From Leptogorgia sarmentosa (lineage: Eukaryota), in NCBI GenBank assembly GCA_964658305.1, contig OZ210885.1, positions 9,424,001 through 9,488,000 on the forward strand: DNA of 64,000 bases, read 5' to 3'. The translations under genes were made by a program, and so were the position numbers. Shown here piece by piece: positions 35,560 to 47,563 of the stretch. Each line of letters opens with the position of its first letter. Position 1 is the stretch's first letter. The notes below the pieces were generated by a model. That model was not told where the DNA came from, did no database searches, and saw only the letters and a list, made by a program, of their open reading frames with translations.

Positions 35560-36506
35560 ACATAGAAATCTCAGACAGACTTGTATGGATTTAAATACTC
35601 CTGATAAGGTCGACGTTGGTGTTTTGATGTATCTTTCGTAACAGTCTGAGGACCACCGCCCTGGGGTTTTGATGAGCCATGCAGGTAGGTCTGCTTTAGC
35701 AGCCGTTGTAGCAGCACCAATCTGGTAGCTATGGCTGGCATAATTTGATGCATTCAACCCCGCCTGGTTAAGCAGCTTTTAGGTTTCAAATGTTAGATTT
35801 GGCTTAGTAAGAGGTTTTCCAGATGCAAAAATAAAGAGCGGCCCAAACCATTAACTACACTCTAATAAATTTGTCCCTTTTGAGGTTTTCGACTATAAAA
35901 CGTCTAATTTTTCTTGTCAAAATACCCCTCCGCCCCAAAAACAATGTTGAGTCTATGCCAAATGCATTAAACATGTTATGCAACACCATCCAACATTGAT
36001 TGGTGGGGGAAAGGGGGAGGGTTCTTCACTTTTCTCTAAACCTCATAAAATAATAGTATGTGTCGCCAATGTTATGACCAGGATTGCAGTTACTGTTGGA
36101 CGTAGTCGGGTGTAGTTCAGCATTGCTTGCAAAGGACACCACTTCCGAGTACGTAGCGCCTATTGTTATTGTTTGACCCATCAGGCGGATTAGGTCTTAG
36201 GACCGTCATGAATTGAGGTGTTTTGCCACCACTATTCGGTGAAAAATTAATACATTCTCTGGTCAGGTGTATATCTGGCTTGAACTTAGAGTTGCAACTT
36301 AATTCTCCAAGACGGAGAATGCCAAAAAATGCTAATGTCATAGCAGCCCAAACCAACTTAGAGTCAAAGGACTGTGTGAACGGAACGCAAAGCAACATTT
36401 GAAATAGGTTAAGGTGGTTAATTCTTATGGGTAGCCGCAACCGGAGTTGTTGCCCCTGTGAGCGTTTTATCCCTCTGAGAACAAGCTGTAATAGCATTTT
36501 GTTCAA
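35560..36506 (-). mobile_element. Tyrosine recombinase remnant (DIRS-type retroelement or Crypton), interrupted at ~35855-36090
   Basis: LRGIKR...RLPI...WAAMTLAFFGILRLGEL and SHSYQIGAATTAA...IKTPGRWSSDCYERYI match phage-integrase-family R / HxxR / GRW...Y motifs, with the HxxR arginine lost. Confidence 0.85.
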
Positions 36507-38123
36507 GTTTAGCTCAATACCACGGAGAATGCGGAAGTGACGATGGTGATCATTATTTGATTGTCATAATTATGTAATGTATATGATCATGGATTTGCTT
36601 ATCAAAGCAATCCCGACTAGTACTGTTGTTGCGTGAATTTTGGTCATTATACTATACGGACTGTTGAGCGTTGACATATTTTGTACATACCTTAAACCAG
36701 ACCTTAAATCATTGTTACTAAAACATACGAAACTATTCGAATAGCAGGAAATAGATTCGAATTGCTGCCATATAATTATAAAAGTATCAAGCAGATCCCG
36801 GACAAAGTTAAAACATTTACCTTATGAAATCTGTTTCACTCTGCGACTATTAAGCCAGATTTTAACCCCATTCTAGTTTTCTATTGCCGATAAACCTCAG
36901 TCCTATTGCATGAAATATAATTTTCGAAGTCAAAAACATACGCGAATCTCGGCTTCAATTTTATCCATTTACGATCGTTCCAGATTTCACGTAGGTATTG
37001 GACAGCTTTTGTGCACGGATGTCATCGGCAGATTATTAATATAAATTTGTAATATTTAACAATTATTGGATGAGGTTTTTGTGATATGCGGAACATAACT
37101 ACCCGTGCTGAAGGTTTTGGATGAAAATTGTGCAATTTGAATGGAATTAACCCCGAAATAATCGATCGTGAAGTGCTGCCAAAACAGTCGCTTGACTTGG
37201 TTCGATACATTTCAGGTCAAAATGAAGCTTTTGGATAACTTCGAGGTGTTGGAATATTCTATAGGACTTCTGAGAAAGATAAGAAATAGAAAGCCGCGTG
37301 TTGGTTGAGAAACAGGAATCGAATTGTCGTCGCCAATTCACACTGTATATTTAGTCATCGTTTCGGAAAGTATATACCGACCAAGTTGTCCGTGAATGGA
37401 ATTCATCCCAGAGGCCAAAGTTTTTCTGGCAACGATTAATTCAAGAAAAATAAATTAGTTTATGTGTTGATAGGCTCGAACGTCTTGAAGGAACAATGCG
37501 ACTGTTTTGCGTCAGCATATAATTATTCTACAGTCAGCAATCTAGGCTTCCTATATCTATGACTGTAGAGTATATTAAACTACCTAGGCTAACTGAACGC
37601 GTGTTTTCGGAAATTTTTCGCGCTTTTATTAGTTTAGGGAATATTTAACAATTGGTCCGAGTTGACTATTCGCTCATAAACAACGAGACCGAGTAGGTAG
37701 GAACAAATTCAGGTAGCGTGCTTAACCATACGACAGATCTAATCTCAATGCGATTCTCGCCATGGAATCGGTACATGACATGCACACCATGTTTTTTCTT
37801 TTTTTTTACGTTATCCACAGTGCACAGAACATCTATCAGCGAAAAAACAAATATGCACACGACTTCAACACCACCATTTATTTGGTTGTGCTCTTCCAGT
37901 CAAGGGCTGAACTAGGGGCTTTCTTCCAAATTTGTCTCCCGATTTCCATAAAATAATGCTTGGAACAAAGTTAATTCGCTCTAGAAGCGCTTCACAATGA
38001 GCATGGTATGTGTCATTTTTCGTGTACTGCGAGAAATGAAATTTGAAGTGCAGCTCAACTACAACAAGTATTAAGCCCTAAGAATAACGTTTGAAAATCT
38101 TGTTCGGTAAATGATATACATAC

Positions 38124-38725
38124 CTTTTCGTCAGAAGCAATTATGATATCATCCGAGCAGGGCACGAATTCTAACGCGGTAATGGAATTAGAACAAATGT
38201 TGTCATGTGACCATATTAACGTCGGCAAGTTTTCGTCAACTTTCCAAAGCTTCACAGACCCACAGATAGACCCCGATGCAAAGCGACGTGAACGATCACG
38301 ACCTCCTCCCTCGCCTTTAACTTGAGAAATGGCATCCTTGTGTGCTGGGAATTTCAACTGCGATTTATTGTTAAATTGGAACCATAACAGTTCTCCGTCA
38401 TCACAACCAAGCAATGCATAGTTTGAACCAAGAGCAGTAATGCAAGTGACTTTTACATCAGGTTGACCCAATTTCATACTGGCCTCGATATCATTAAAAG
38501 TTCTAAGTTCGATTCTGTTCACCTTATCAACAAAAACGAAACGGACATCATCACTTAATACGCAGACAAGACGTATGGCGACCCCAGATTCGGTCTTTGC
38601 GAATTGAACTATTTTAGAACACTCTATGTCGACCAGTGACAATGTTCCCGAACTGCTTCCAGACAAAGCAAATTTCCCATTTGATGTGATGTCAATTGCT
38701 GTAACTATCGAGTCGTCAGGATGAC
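38124..38725 (-). CDS. WD40-repeat protein, internal exon
   Basis: tgcag|GT CAT (GHPDDSIVTAIDITSNGKFALSG...AHKDAIS...ASGSICGSVKLWKV)...AAG|gtatgt; 602 nt, phase 1 to 0. Confidence 0.9.
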
Positions 38726-38950
38726 CTGCATGAAGGAAGTAAAATTTTTATTTGAAGTATTCAAGTATTTGACGCTTCAGCGTGGTAGCCTGCCAATCAT
38801 TGGAAAATATCCTTCAGACGACAAAGTAATTTTATAGGTGTAGCAATAGAAATTTTCTTCAAATCCAGGTAGGAAAATGCATCGCTGATATCGAAAACGC
38901 AAAAATAAGTCATTCACTGTTGTAAATAAAAGACTAGTATACTGGAATAA

Positions 38951-39181
38951 AGGCCGTTTTCCATCACAGTCGTTGTGCCCGCGCGGGCGGAGCGAATGAT
39001 TTTAACTTCGTCAAAAATCCGTCGTGCGGGCACGCCAAGAATGTTGAATGTAGTTCAACTTCTAGGCGTCTCCACGCGTGCAAAATTAGACAGAGAACGC
39101 TCAGATTAAACACCCATAGCAAAATTTGAAACATGTTTGCTCTGCTCGTGCGGGCAAAGCGACTGCAATGGAAAACGGATT
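38951..39181. mobile_element. Degenerate MITE with ~45-bp imperfect TIRs
   Basis: ccgttttccatcacagtcgttgtgcccgcgcgggcggagc / gctctgctcgtgcgggcaaagcgactgcaatggaaaacgg. Confidence 0.6.
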
Positions 39182-39724
39182 TGAATCACACCCATTTCAT
39201 CCGAAATTCAATCATTTTCACCTGATATATTGTACGTACATTGCACGAACTTTAATTTGAATTGCCATAATATGTTTTTTATTGTTCCCAATCATTGCAG
39301 TTATACTAATTTTGACACATCTTTACCAATTGTAGCGATGGATTTTTGTTTCTTTACTTATTTTCAAATTTTTGAGATCGCTAGATTTCTCTATTATGTA
39401 TACGTTTACTCTAGACTAAAAACTTGCAGTGGGCTGAGAACAGTCTTACACTAAGATCATGGAAAGACAGTTTAGTAGAAAGGAAACTGACAGCTAATCC
39501 CCCAAAACGTCAGCTGAGGTTTAAATCTTGAGGTATGTTCGCACAGTGCGACTAGTTAGGCTTGTTTTAGACGTCTAATTTCCGTCAAATTCAAACAATG
39601 AGGGAAGTAATCTCATGAATGAAACGAGCTTCAACTTTATTCGGAAATCAGCAGATAAAAGTGGCCGAAAAATGGCCTGAGAAATTGCAATGTGTTGACA
39701 TCCTTCATGTCGTGAAGGCACATG

Positions 39725-39873
39725 CAGCCGTCGCTGGAACGGGGGGGGGGGGGGTGCCGACCGATTTAAAAAGAAATTGATAAACAACTGATTTCAAAAG
39801 AAATCAGTGGGCAGAACGCCAAAATATGAATATGCACCCCCCCCCCCCAATTAACGTTATAGCGACGGCCCTG
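39725..39873. mobile_element. Short hAT-like MITE
   Basis: Termini cag(gg)ccgtcgct / agcgacggccctg; near-perfect 8-bp TSD ggcacatg / gtcacatg. Confidence 0.6.
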
Positions 39874-40781
39874 GTCACATGGATGGGAAATTTACTGTAG
39901 CAAAATACCGTTTAGAAAAAGATGAGACCAAAAATAGCAATTTGAAAAAGGAAGTTGAAACAAAAGATCTACGAAAGAACGTACTAGATCTTTAGGTATA
40001 CACGCTGATCCCGTTGACGGTGGCTGATTTCTACACGGCCATGAGCCCGAAAATAATTGTACACGGTCGAATAAAGAGTTATTTAGAAAACATAAAAATT
40101 TAAAGAGGTATGGGTATCGAAATAGTAACATATTTTGAAAGTTTTAACTACTATATAGTTTCAGCAGTTTTACAGCACTACAGTGAGCAGCGAATATATT
40201 TCGAAAAGAGGTATACGGGACTTTCTGCTTCTGATTTCTTTTGGACTAGAATATCAAAGGTGTACCCCGTTGAGCATAAAACTATTTTCATGTTATTTAT
40301 GTGAGCGAAGAGAACTTGAAATGTCTCGAAGTTGATAATTTGTTATGAAACTTTGATACGAAAATGGATTGATGAGCGATTATGGAACAATCGTATGATC
40401 TATGTCATTGCTAATATTCAGAATAATTCTAGCTGTTCTATTTTGCAGTTTTTGAAGCGTTTTGATTGCGTTTCACTAAATACCTTCCTTACTTCACTGC
40501 AATAGCCAGTATAGTGAATGTACGGACAAACAATAGCGTTATATATCAAAATATGTTGTAGTATCCGTGAAAATAACAAACACGTTTCGGTAACTTTATT
40601 ATACAGTCTTTCTCTACTTCAACACACACGTTATCGCTCTCGCATTCAGACAAGACACACACTGGCTAAGGTATCGTGTTACCGCATAGTGTCACTATAC
40701 AGCCAAAAATCACAAATTAAAAGGTCAAAGGTCTATATCTATATAAGGTCAATATCTATATACTACATTACTCCCCCCCCT

Positions 40782-42113
40782 TTAAGAGAGAGCGTCCTCG
40801 ATCTCTACATCTTCCAAATTAAAGTCTTGATACCGGTCCGGTTGTCGACGTACCCGGGTCGAACGACGTAGACTGAAACTCGTAGGCGTCTTCTGTGGTA
40901 CAGTTAACTGTTCATTCTCATGATGGGTCATAACAGGCTCCTCGCGCTCATTCTTCTTTGATGCTCCTGGATTCAAACGGCTCTCTACCCTCTTCAAACG
41001 ATTCTGATGGTCCACTTTCGTCTGTGCTTTTCTCGCTCGCGGTCTAATGTGGTAATTGACGCGACCCAGTTGGCGAAGTACCTCGTACGGTCCTGTCCAC
41101 TCTTTGTGGAACTTTTGATCATGACTTTTCCCTTTCGCTATTGCCTTACTGTTCAACAACACCAAATCGCCAGGCTTAAACTGTGTACCCTCTGCTTTAG
41201 TTGCTTTGTCGTAGTCTTCCTTTTGTCGCTTCTGAGCTAGGTTGATGTTAGTTGCCACGTTTTTATGCACCTTACGTAATGTTTGCTCAAGCTCGTCGCA
41301 ATAGTTGTCTGATAAGCCCCTGGTGGGCATATTTTCTTCATTCCGCAACGTTAATGGAGAGACAGCTTCACGACCATAGACCGCTTTAAATGGTGAAACG
41401 CCCGATGATCGGTGTATGCTTGTCCGATAGGCGAACAACGCTAACTGTAGGTGAATGTCCCAATCGTCGTGGTCGTCGTTTACGTACGAAGTCAAGATCC
41501 CCTTTAAGGTGCGATTAAATCGCTCTACTTGTCCATCGGTCTGGGGATGGTACGGCGAGGTTCGCACTTTCTTCACACCAAGGAGCTGCATTACCTTCTT
41601 CATCAGGTCCGACTCGAAGTTTCTTCCCTGGTCCGTCAAGATCCTGTCTGGGATTCCGTGACGAGTGATCACTTGGTCGACAAACGCTCGAGCTACGGTG
41701 TCTGCACACTGGTTAGGCATCGGTACGGCCTCAACCCACTTTGTGAGATGGTCGGACATCACAAGTACATATTGGTTGCCTCGAGCTGTCATCGGTAGTG
41801 GACCCATGATATCCATTGCCCACAGTTCCATAGGTTTTGCAACGGGGATGCTTTGCATTGGGGCTCTTTGGGTGGGGACTGGGGATTTCCGGCGGGTACA
41901 TAGCTCACACTCTGCAATCCAGAGCTGTACTTCAGCTGGCATACCAGGCCAATAGTACTGGCATCGTAACTGTTCTATACAGCGAGTAACACCCATGTGT
42001 CCCGAGCATGGGTTGTTGTGCGACAAATCGAGGACATGGCCCCTCATTTGTCTGGGGACAACTAAAACCAAACGTTCATCTCTGCAACCTTGTTCTACTC
42101 GACGGTACAACAC
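40782..42113 (-). CDS. Gypsy integrase (separated from pol by a small duplication)
   Basis: HHCC motif (H...GH...CELC), WAMDIMGP, TDQGRNF, GQVERFN, and GPY/F motif WTGPYEV. Confidence 0.93.
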   Translation of the reverse strand: MLYRRVEQGCRDERLVLVVPRQMRGHVLDLSHNNPCSGHMGVTRCIEQLRCQYYWPGMPAEVQLWIAECELCTRRKSPVPTQRAPMQSIPVAKPMELWAMDIMGPLPMTARGNQYVLVMSDHLTKWVEAVPMPNQCADTVARAFVDQVITRHGIPDRILTDQGRNFESDLMKKVMQLLGVKKVRTSPYHPQTDGQVERFNRTLKGILTSYVNDDHDDWDIHLQLALFAYRTSIHRSSGVSPFKAVYGREAVSPLTLRNEENMPTRGLSDNYCDELEQTLRKVHKNVATNINLAQKRQKEDYDKATKAEGTQFKPGDLVLLNSKAIAKGKSHDQKFHKEWTGPYEVLRQLGRVNYHIRPRARKAQTKVDHQNRLKRVESRLNPGASKKNEREEPVMTHHENEQLTVPQKTPTSFSLRRSTRVRRQPDRYQDFNLEDVEIEDALS

Positions 42114-42212
42114 TCCGTTTACAACTGTCAGTTGGGACCAAAGTTGCCTGTAGCGTTTAAGTTCTCCGTCCCTTGACCAGTCTCCATTATTTTCGGGTGT
42201 CTATAGTCTCCA

Positions 42213-44150
42213 TTATTTTCGCGTAAGATGGTCAATCACGCGCGCGATACCGTGGTCTGCACCCTGGGCGTCTCGAAGTTCGTCCAAGGACCACTGTGGT
42301 AATATTTCCGTGGCTGCAATTCCTACGGCAAGTTGGTCGTCATCATTGATCACTAGCTGGGGTGGAGGAACCTTTGGTGGAAAACGAGAAAGGGCGTCTG
42401 CATTCCCATTTTGTCTTCCCGGTCGATGCTTTATGTCGAACTGGTATTCTTGTAAGTTTAGAATCCACCGCGCCAACCGACCTTTCGGCTCCTTGAGTCC
42501 CTGGAGCCATGTGAGACATTGGTGATCTGTCACGACATCAAATTGTTTCCCGAGTAGGTAAGTCAGCCAATAATTAACCGACCAAACAATTGCTAAGCAT
42601 TCCTTTTCAGTCGTTGAATAGTTCTTCTCGGCGGATGTTAAAGCCCGACTGGCATACGCAATTACGTGTTCTCGACAGCCGATGCGTTGGGCTAATACGG
42701 CACCCAGGCCCACATCACTGGCGTCCGTGTAGACGGTAAAAGGTAGGGAAAAATTCGGCAAGGCAAGGACGGGTGAGAAGCAAAGGTGATTCTTCGAAGT
42801 GGCGAAGGCCTTGTCAGCCTGAGTTGACCAGCAAAAGTTCCGTTCACCTTTTGTGAGGTCATGAAGAGGGGCGGCGATACTTGCAAAACCATTGACGAAA
42901 CGCCGGTAGTAAGAAGCCATGCCTAGAAAGCACCGAACTTCACTTGCTGAGGTGGGGGTTGGCAAATCTTGCACTGCTTTCACCTTCTCGGGATCCGGCT
43001 CTGTACCTTGAGAAGAAACGACATGCCCCAGAAACTTTTCTGATGCTTTCCCAAACTGGCACTTCGCTCGTTTAAGTTTCAAACCAGCTGCGCGGATACG
43101 ACCGAGGACTTCCTCGAGAATAGGGTGGTGTTCTTCACACGTGTCAGCAAATATGATGATGTCATCCAAGAAAACTAGACATCCTTTCACTCCCTTCAGG
43201 ATGGTGCTCATCATACGCTGGAAAGTAGCAGGAGCGTTGGTCAGGCCAAAAGGCATGACTGTAAACTCGTAATGGTTCACCCCAACTGAGAACGCTGTTT
43301 TCTCTCTGTCTTCTTTTCGTAATGGAACCTGCCAATAACCGGATGCAAGCTCCAGTGTACTAAAACATCTTGCTCTACCCAACTGATTGAGAATGTCATC
43401 GATTCGTGGCATTGGTTGCGCGTCCTTCTTCGTCACCGAATTGACCCGACGAAAATCGACACAAAACCGATAATTCCCATCCTTTTTGGGTGCTAGTACA
43501 ATTGGTGATGACCAGGGACTAGTGCTTGGTCTAATGAGACCTCGCTCTAGCATTTCCGCAACTTGTTGATTAACAATGGGTTGAAGGTGTACAGGAATTC
43601 GGTAGGGGCGTTGCTTGATCGGTCGACTGTCTCCAGTGTCAATGATATGTTCCGTGTCCCGAGTACAACCCAACGGATCGTTCGGACCGTTGACGAACAC
43701 ATCCGCGTAATGCTCCAACAAAACACTCAACTTATTGACTGATGGGGTTGTAAGCTCTACAACCAGTGGCACGCCACTCCCAGGCCAGGACAACTGCGAG
43801 TTCCCTACGTCGACTCGCATTTTGCTAGCTTTTAGGAAGTCAGCACCCAAAATACAAGTATTAGTCATGCCAACCACAACAAATGAATGAACAAACATGT
43901 CCTTACCCAACTGGAACTGGAGTTTTGCTTGACCAAGGACTTGAAGTTCTTCACCGCCGATTCCTCGAGCCCTCGGAGAACATGGTGTCAAAGGACTATG
44001 GACCAACTGGCGACTTACTAACGATACGGACGCTCCGGTATCTACCAGGCATTTTTGCTCACGTCCCTCAACACGTACGTCGATAAAAACCCCGGTTGGA
44101 TACAATGTATTGGGAAGGCCATAGCATTGCGGGTAGACTCGCGGCCTAAT
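42213..44150 (-). CDS. Gypsy pol: protease, reverse transcriptase, RNase H
   Basis: LVDTGAS; RFCVDFR, MPFGLTNAPATFQ, FLDD; TDASDVG, EKECLA, TDH. Confidence 0.95.
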   Translation of the reverse strand: MRPRVYPQCYGLPNTLYPTGVFIDVRVEGREQKCLVDTGASVSLVSRQLVHSPLTPCSPRARGIGGEELQVLGQAKLQFQLGKDMFVHSFVVVGMTNTCILGADFLKASKMRVDVGNSQLSWPGSGVPLVVELTTPSVNKLSVLLEHYADVFVNGPNDPLGCTRDTEHIIDTGDSRPIKQRPYRIPVHLQPIVNQQVAEMLERGLIRPSTSPWSSPIVLAPKKDGNYRFCVDFRRVNSVTKKDAQPMPRIDDILNQLGRARCFSTLELASGYWQVPLRKEDREKTAFSVGVNHYEFTVMPFGLTNAPATFQRMMSTILKGVKGCLVFLDDIIIFADTCEEHHPILEEVLGRIRAAGLKLKRAKCQFGKASEKFLGHVVSSQGTEPDPEKVKAVQDLPTPTSASEVRCFLGMASYYRRFVNGFASIAAPLHDLTKGERNFCWSTQADKAFATSKNHLCFSPVLALPNFSLPFTVYTDASDVGLGAVLAQRIGCREHVIAYASRALTSAEKNYSTTEKECLAIVWSVNYWLTYLLGKQFDVVTDHQCLTWLQGLKEPKGRLARWILNLQEYQFDIKHRPGRQNGNADALSRFPPKVPPPQLVINDDDQLAVGIAATEILPQWSLDELRDAQGADHGIARVIDHLTRK

Positions 44151-45063
44151 AGCGGGTCGACCCGTTGTCGTTTCCCGGTTGGCGGGATGCTGGGGACTGG
44201 AATCTATTGGGGCATTGACGAGCAAAATGTCCGATTTGCCCGCAAACGAAACAATAATTTTCGGTCTCGCGCTGTCGATACTCTGTTCTAGCACGGGTCG
44301 GATTCCGACATTCTCGAGCAATGTGGCCCTGGTTGCCGCAACGAAAGCATGCCCTGGGTCGCGGAAGGTTTCTTGACGCGACGGCGTTTACTCGGGTCAT
44401 GTTGTCAGACAGCTGATTCACTTTTTCCGTCAACATTTCCATATTTGCCATCATCTGGGCGAGAATCTCTGACTGCGGTTCAGGTCGATATCTGCTTGCA
44501 CTCGTCGTGGCTTGATTGATTTGGCTCCCGTCGTCGTGTGACGAGAGCTTTATGGCCAAATCCAGCTGTTGCGCCGCTGACACCGTTTCACCATAAGACA
44601 TTTTTGGCTGCTGTAGAAGTTCCTTCTTCAACGCCGGGTTCATCCCTTCGATAAATTGTTGCTTCGAATTCAGCAAGATGTCGCGTTCGTTTGCGCCCAG
44701 TTTAGGCATTGCGCGTCTGAGTAATGACTCCAGATTGTACGCAAAGACTTGAATATCCTCCTTGGGTTTACGTTCTCGTTTGCGGAATTCCATCATCGCT
44801 ATATGCATTCCGGTCGCATCTCCTCCGAAAGCGGTAACGAGCGCTTCACGCACACTCTTAAATGACTCTTTCTGTTCCCCTTCAAGTCGTTCAAACACGG
44901 CGAATGCTTTCCCACATAAAAGAGTAGGCAAACGTTTCAACATAACATCTTCTTTCCACTCATTTGCCTCAGAACAAAGCTCGTATTTCCGCAACCAAAA
45001 CTCAATATCCCCGTCAGAAAAGGACTCTGGGAGAGCAACACTTGATCTATTCGATGTGGCCAT
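44146..45063 (-). CDS. Gypsy gag
   Basis: 305-aa ORF with two CCHC knuckles (CFRCGNQGHIAREC, CFVCGQIGHFARQC). Confidence 0.92.
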   Translation of the reverse strand: MATSNRSSVALPESFSDGDIEFWLRKYELCSEANEWKEDVMLKRLPTLLCGKAFAVFERLEGEQKESFKSVREALVTAFGGDATGMHIAMMEFRKRERKPKEDIQVFAYNLESLLRRAMPKLGANERDILLNSKQQFIEGMNPALKKELLQQPKMSYGETVSAAQQLDLAIKLSSHDDGSQINQATTSASRYRPEPQSEILAQMMANMEMLTEKVNQLSDNMTRVNAVASRNLPRPRACFRCGNQGHIARECRNPTRARTEYRQRETENYCFVCGQIGHFARQCPNRFQSPASRQPGNDNGSTRY

Positions 45064-45175
45064 TTATCCTGGTCACGGCACCAATGTAGTATCAGTGAAA
45101 ATAACAAACACGTTTCGGTAACTTTATTATACAGTCTTTCTCTACTTCAACACACACGTTATCGCTCTCGCATTC

Positions 45176-45389
45176 GGGTTTTACTACATCCCGGGCGTTC
45201 TTTGCCGGCGCCCGCGATTAAAATTAGACAGCGGTTCAACAAGAGGGCCGGGCCCCAACTGACCCTAACCTATCGAGAAATCAGCAATGCTAAGCAATGC
45301 TAAGCTGTGATGCTTTCCTGTTGAAGCGCTGTCTAATTTTATGCTAATCGCGGGCGCCGGCAAAGAACGCCCGGGATGTAGTAAAACCC
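45176..45389. mobile_element. 214-bp MITE (Mutator-like by TSD length) inside the Gypsy 5' LTR
   Basis: 45-bp perfect TIRs GGGTTTTACTACATCCCGGGCGTTCTTTGCCGGCGCCCGCGATTA; 9-bp TSD CTCGCATTC at 45167-45175 and 45390-45398; absent from the 3' LTR. Confidence 0.93.
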
Positions 45390-46237
45390 CTCGCATTCAG
45401 ACAAGACACACACTGGCTAAGGTATCGTGTTACCGCATAGTGTCACTATACAGCCAACAATCACAAATTAAAAGGTCAAAGATCTATATCTATATAAGGT
45501 CAATATCTATATACTACAATGTGTATTTTGTTCAAGAAACGCTTCGACACGACGAATAGTAGAGATGGAAATGATTTCAGTATTATTTTTCCAACACATT
45601 TGCAGGTTAATTGTTACCCAGAGTGTTTTGCATTCATTTTGCATTCCGTCAAACTCATAACTTACGTGCGAATAGGCCATTGATTTGCGACTGGATCCTG
45701 CATTCTTATAAGTAGGATGACCAAGAAAACACAATATAAGCGGCAACGATAAGTAACGTAGTCAGCATAGTTAGTGATTATGCACTAAAAACGACATCTT
45801 TCATGTAAATTTCGTAGGCTTCAAGCGAATATAGAAGAACACAGGAAACAAAACTTGAATTGTCAGTGTTCGATTCGATCTCGTAGTTTTGGAATGACCT
45901 AAATAACGGACACAGGTTTGTAGATACTCGTGACGAAACCGTTTTAATTGTATTCTCCGTAATCTTTTAAGGAACATAATTTTATATGTATACCTAATCA
46001 GAACAGAAAATAGCCTGTAAAGCTAGCCAAGACAATTTCAGAGCTAACACGTAAATCGAATTCAATATTTGACTCATTCGCGAGTGAATGCAGTGGTTTT
46101 TCGGGACTAATATATTCTCATTTAAAACCGATCTTTCACACATATAAATTGTGTGTATGAATATAGTAAAAAATCCTGTAGTCGCCTCAAAGACTTAATA
46201 GTATTTAGAAGTTTCAAATATTCTTTGATTTACCCAC

Positions 46238-46637
46238 CTGCATTATGGTCGACCCAACTATCAGTTGAAAGTTTCCAGTGAAACACATTATTCTGAAGCA
46301 AGCCTGACAAAAGATTTTTGCCGTCGGGTGATATAACAGGCGCGACCCTCGGACGTACAGTCGATACTTGCAAAGAGTCGAGATTGATTTCACAAATATT
46401 CATATGCTGGTTGCATGTGTAAATCATGTTGCGATCGCATGCTATTTCCACTGTATAGGACGTGGGTAAAATGACTTCTTTCAAAGACGCATCAGGATTT
46501 TGCCAGTCCCAGATGAACACATGGTTCTCTTCGCATCCAATTATAACTTGCAACCCATCAGAACTAAAGCGAACAATCTCAGGTGCGCCATCGCTATCAA
46601 TTCCTTTGATCACACTGCCATCGGACAAATTCCACAC
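46238..46637 (-). CDS. WD40-repeat protein, internal exon
   Basis: tttgaag|GTG TGG AAT (VWNLSDG...FIWDW...)...GCAG|gtgggt; 400 nt, phase 0 to 1. Confidence 0.88.
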
Positions 46638-47025
46638 CTTCAAAAGTAAAAGGAAAAATTATTATTCTGTATAAAGCGAAACACGCGCTTAAAACTTGTG
46701 ACTATAATGATTTACCAAAACTAATTGTGAATATAGTAACAAACAAGCAGTATAGGTTTCGTTACTTATATTAACTAGACTAGCTGTATTATTTTATAGT
46801 AATGTTAATCAGTTTGACTAGCTGTATTATTTTATAGTAAGGTTATTCAGTTTCTGATTGGTTAGAGGCGTTCGCGCACCCGCAATGCGGGGGATTTTGA
46901 AGGTTTGGTCATGCAATTTTCAATTTGCATGACTAACAGACAGCCAACCCGAATACACAGCCTCTTTGCTTTCAGCCTGAATGAACATGTCTTCTCGTGG
47001 GCAATCAAGCATGAAGCATGTCATT

Positions 47026-47154
47026 CTACTAACTTTTCTGCCTAAGTCAATTATGATCTGTTGGGAGATTTTTGTTCATTGTAGTCGGTTTATGAGACAT
47101 TTGCACTAAAATCTCCCAACAGATCATAATTGACTTAGGCAGAAAAGTTAGTAG
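47026..47154. repeat. 47-bp perfect inverted repeat abutting the truncated Pao LTR end
   Basis: ctactaacttttctgcctaagtcaattatgatctgttgggagatttt / aaaatctcccaacagatcataattgacttaggcagaaaagttagtag. Confidence 0.85.
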
Positions 47155-47563
47155 GCTATCGAATTAATTGACCCTTTCTAATAGGTATTAAGCAACAAAG
47201 GACTCGACAAAGCGAATTTGGTTTTGTAAAAATTTATTAAGAAAAAACACTCACTCTTGTTCACGCACTCAGATCTCTCTCACAGTCAGTCTTCGACTCA
47301 TTCCTATCTTCCAACCTCACTGATTTTAATCTATCTAGCTATGTGTCAATCGCCTCACGCATTCCTCATTAATTAAGTGGACTAATTACGTCTAATATAG
47401 TATTAAGGTCGCAGTCTCCGACACACTCCCCCATGCAAGTTAGGGACTAAATTGCATGTTCTCAAAGGAGACTGCACTTCAAACACAATACGTTCATGAA
47501 CAAAACTTGAATATATATAATTATGTAGTACTAAAGTTCTAAGAAAATGTCACTTCACACCGT

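Larger units (their letters stand above)
40557..45518 (-). mobile_element. Full-length Ty3/Gypsy LTR retrotransposon
   Basis: 211-bp LTRs TGTAGT...ACTACA (40557-40767; 45085-45518 including an insertion), TSD ATGT, PBS 45066-45083, PPT ~40770-40783, domain order gag-PR-RT-RH-IN. Confidence 0.97.

Noticed and set aside
44151..44321. N-terminal extension of pol given in the ORF track
   Set aside because: It overlaps gag in another frame; pol is more plausibly reached by frameshifting near 44170.
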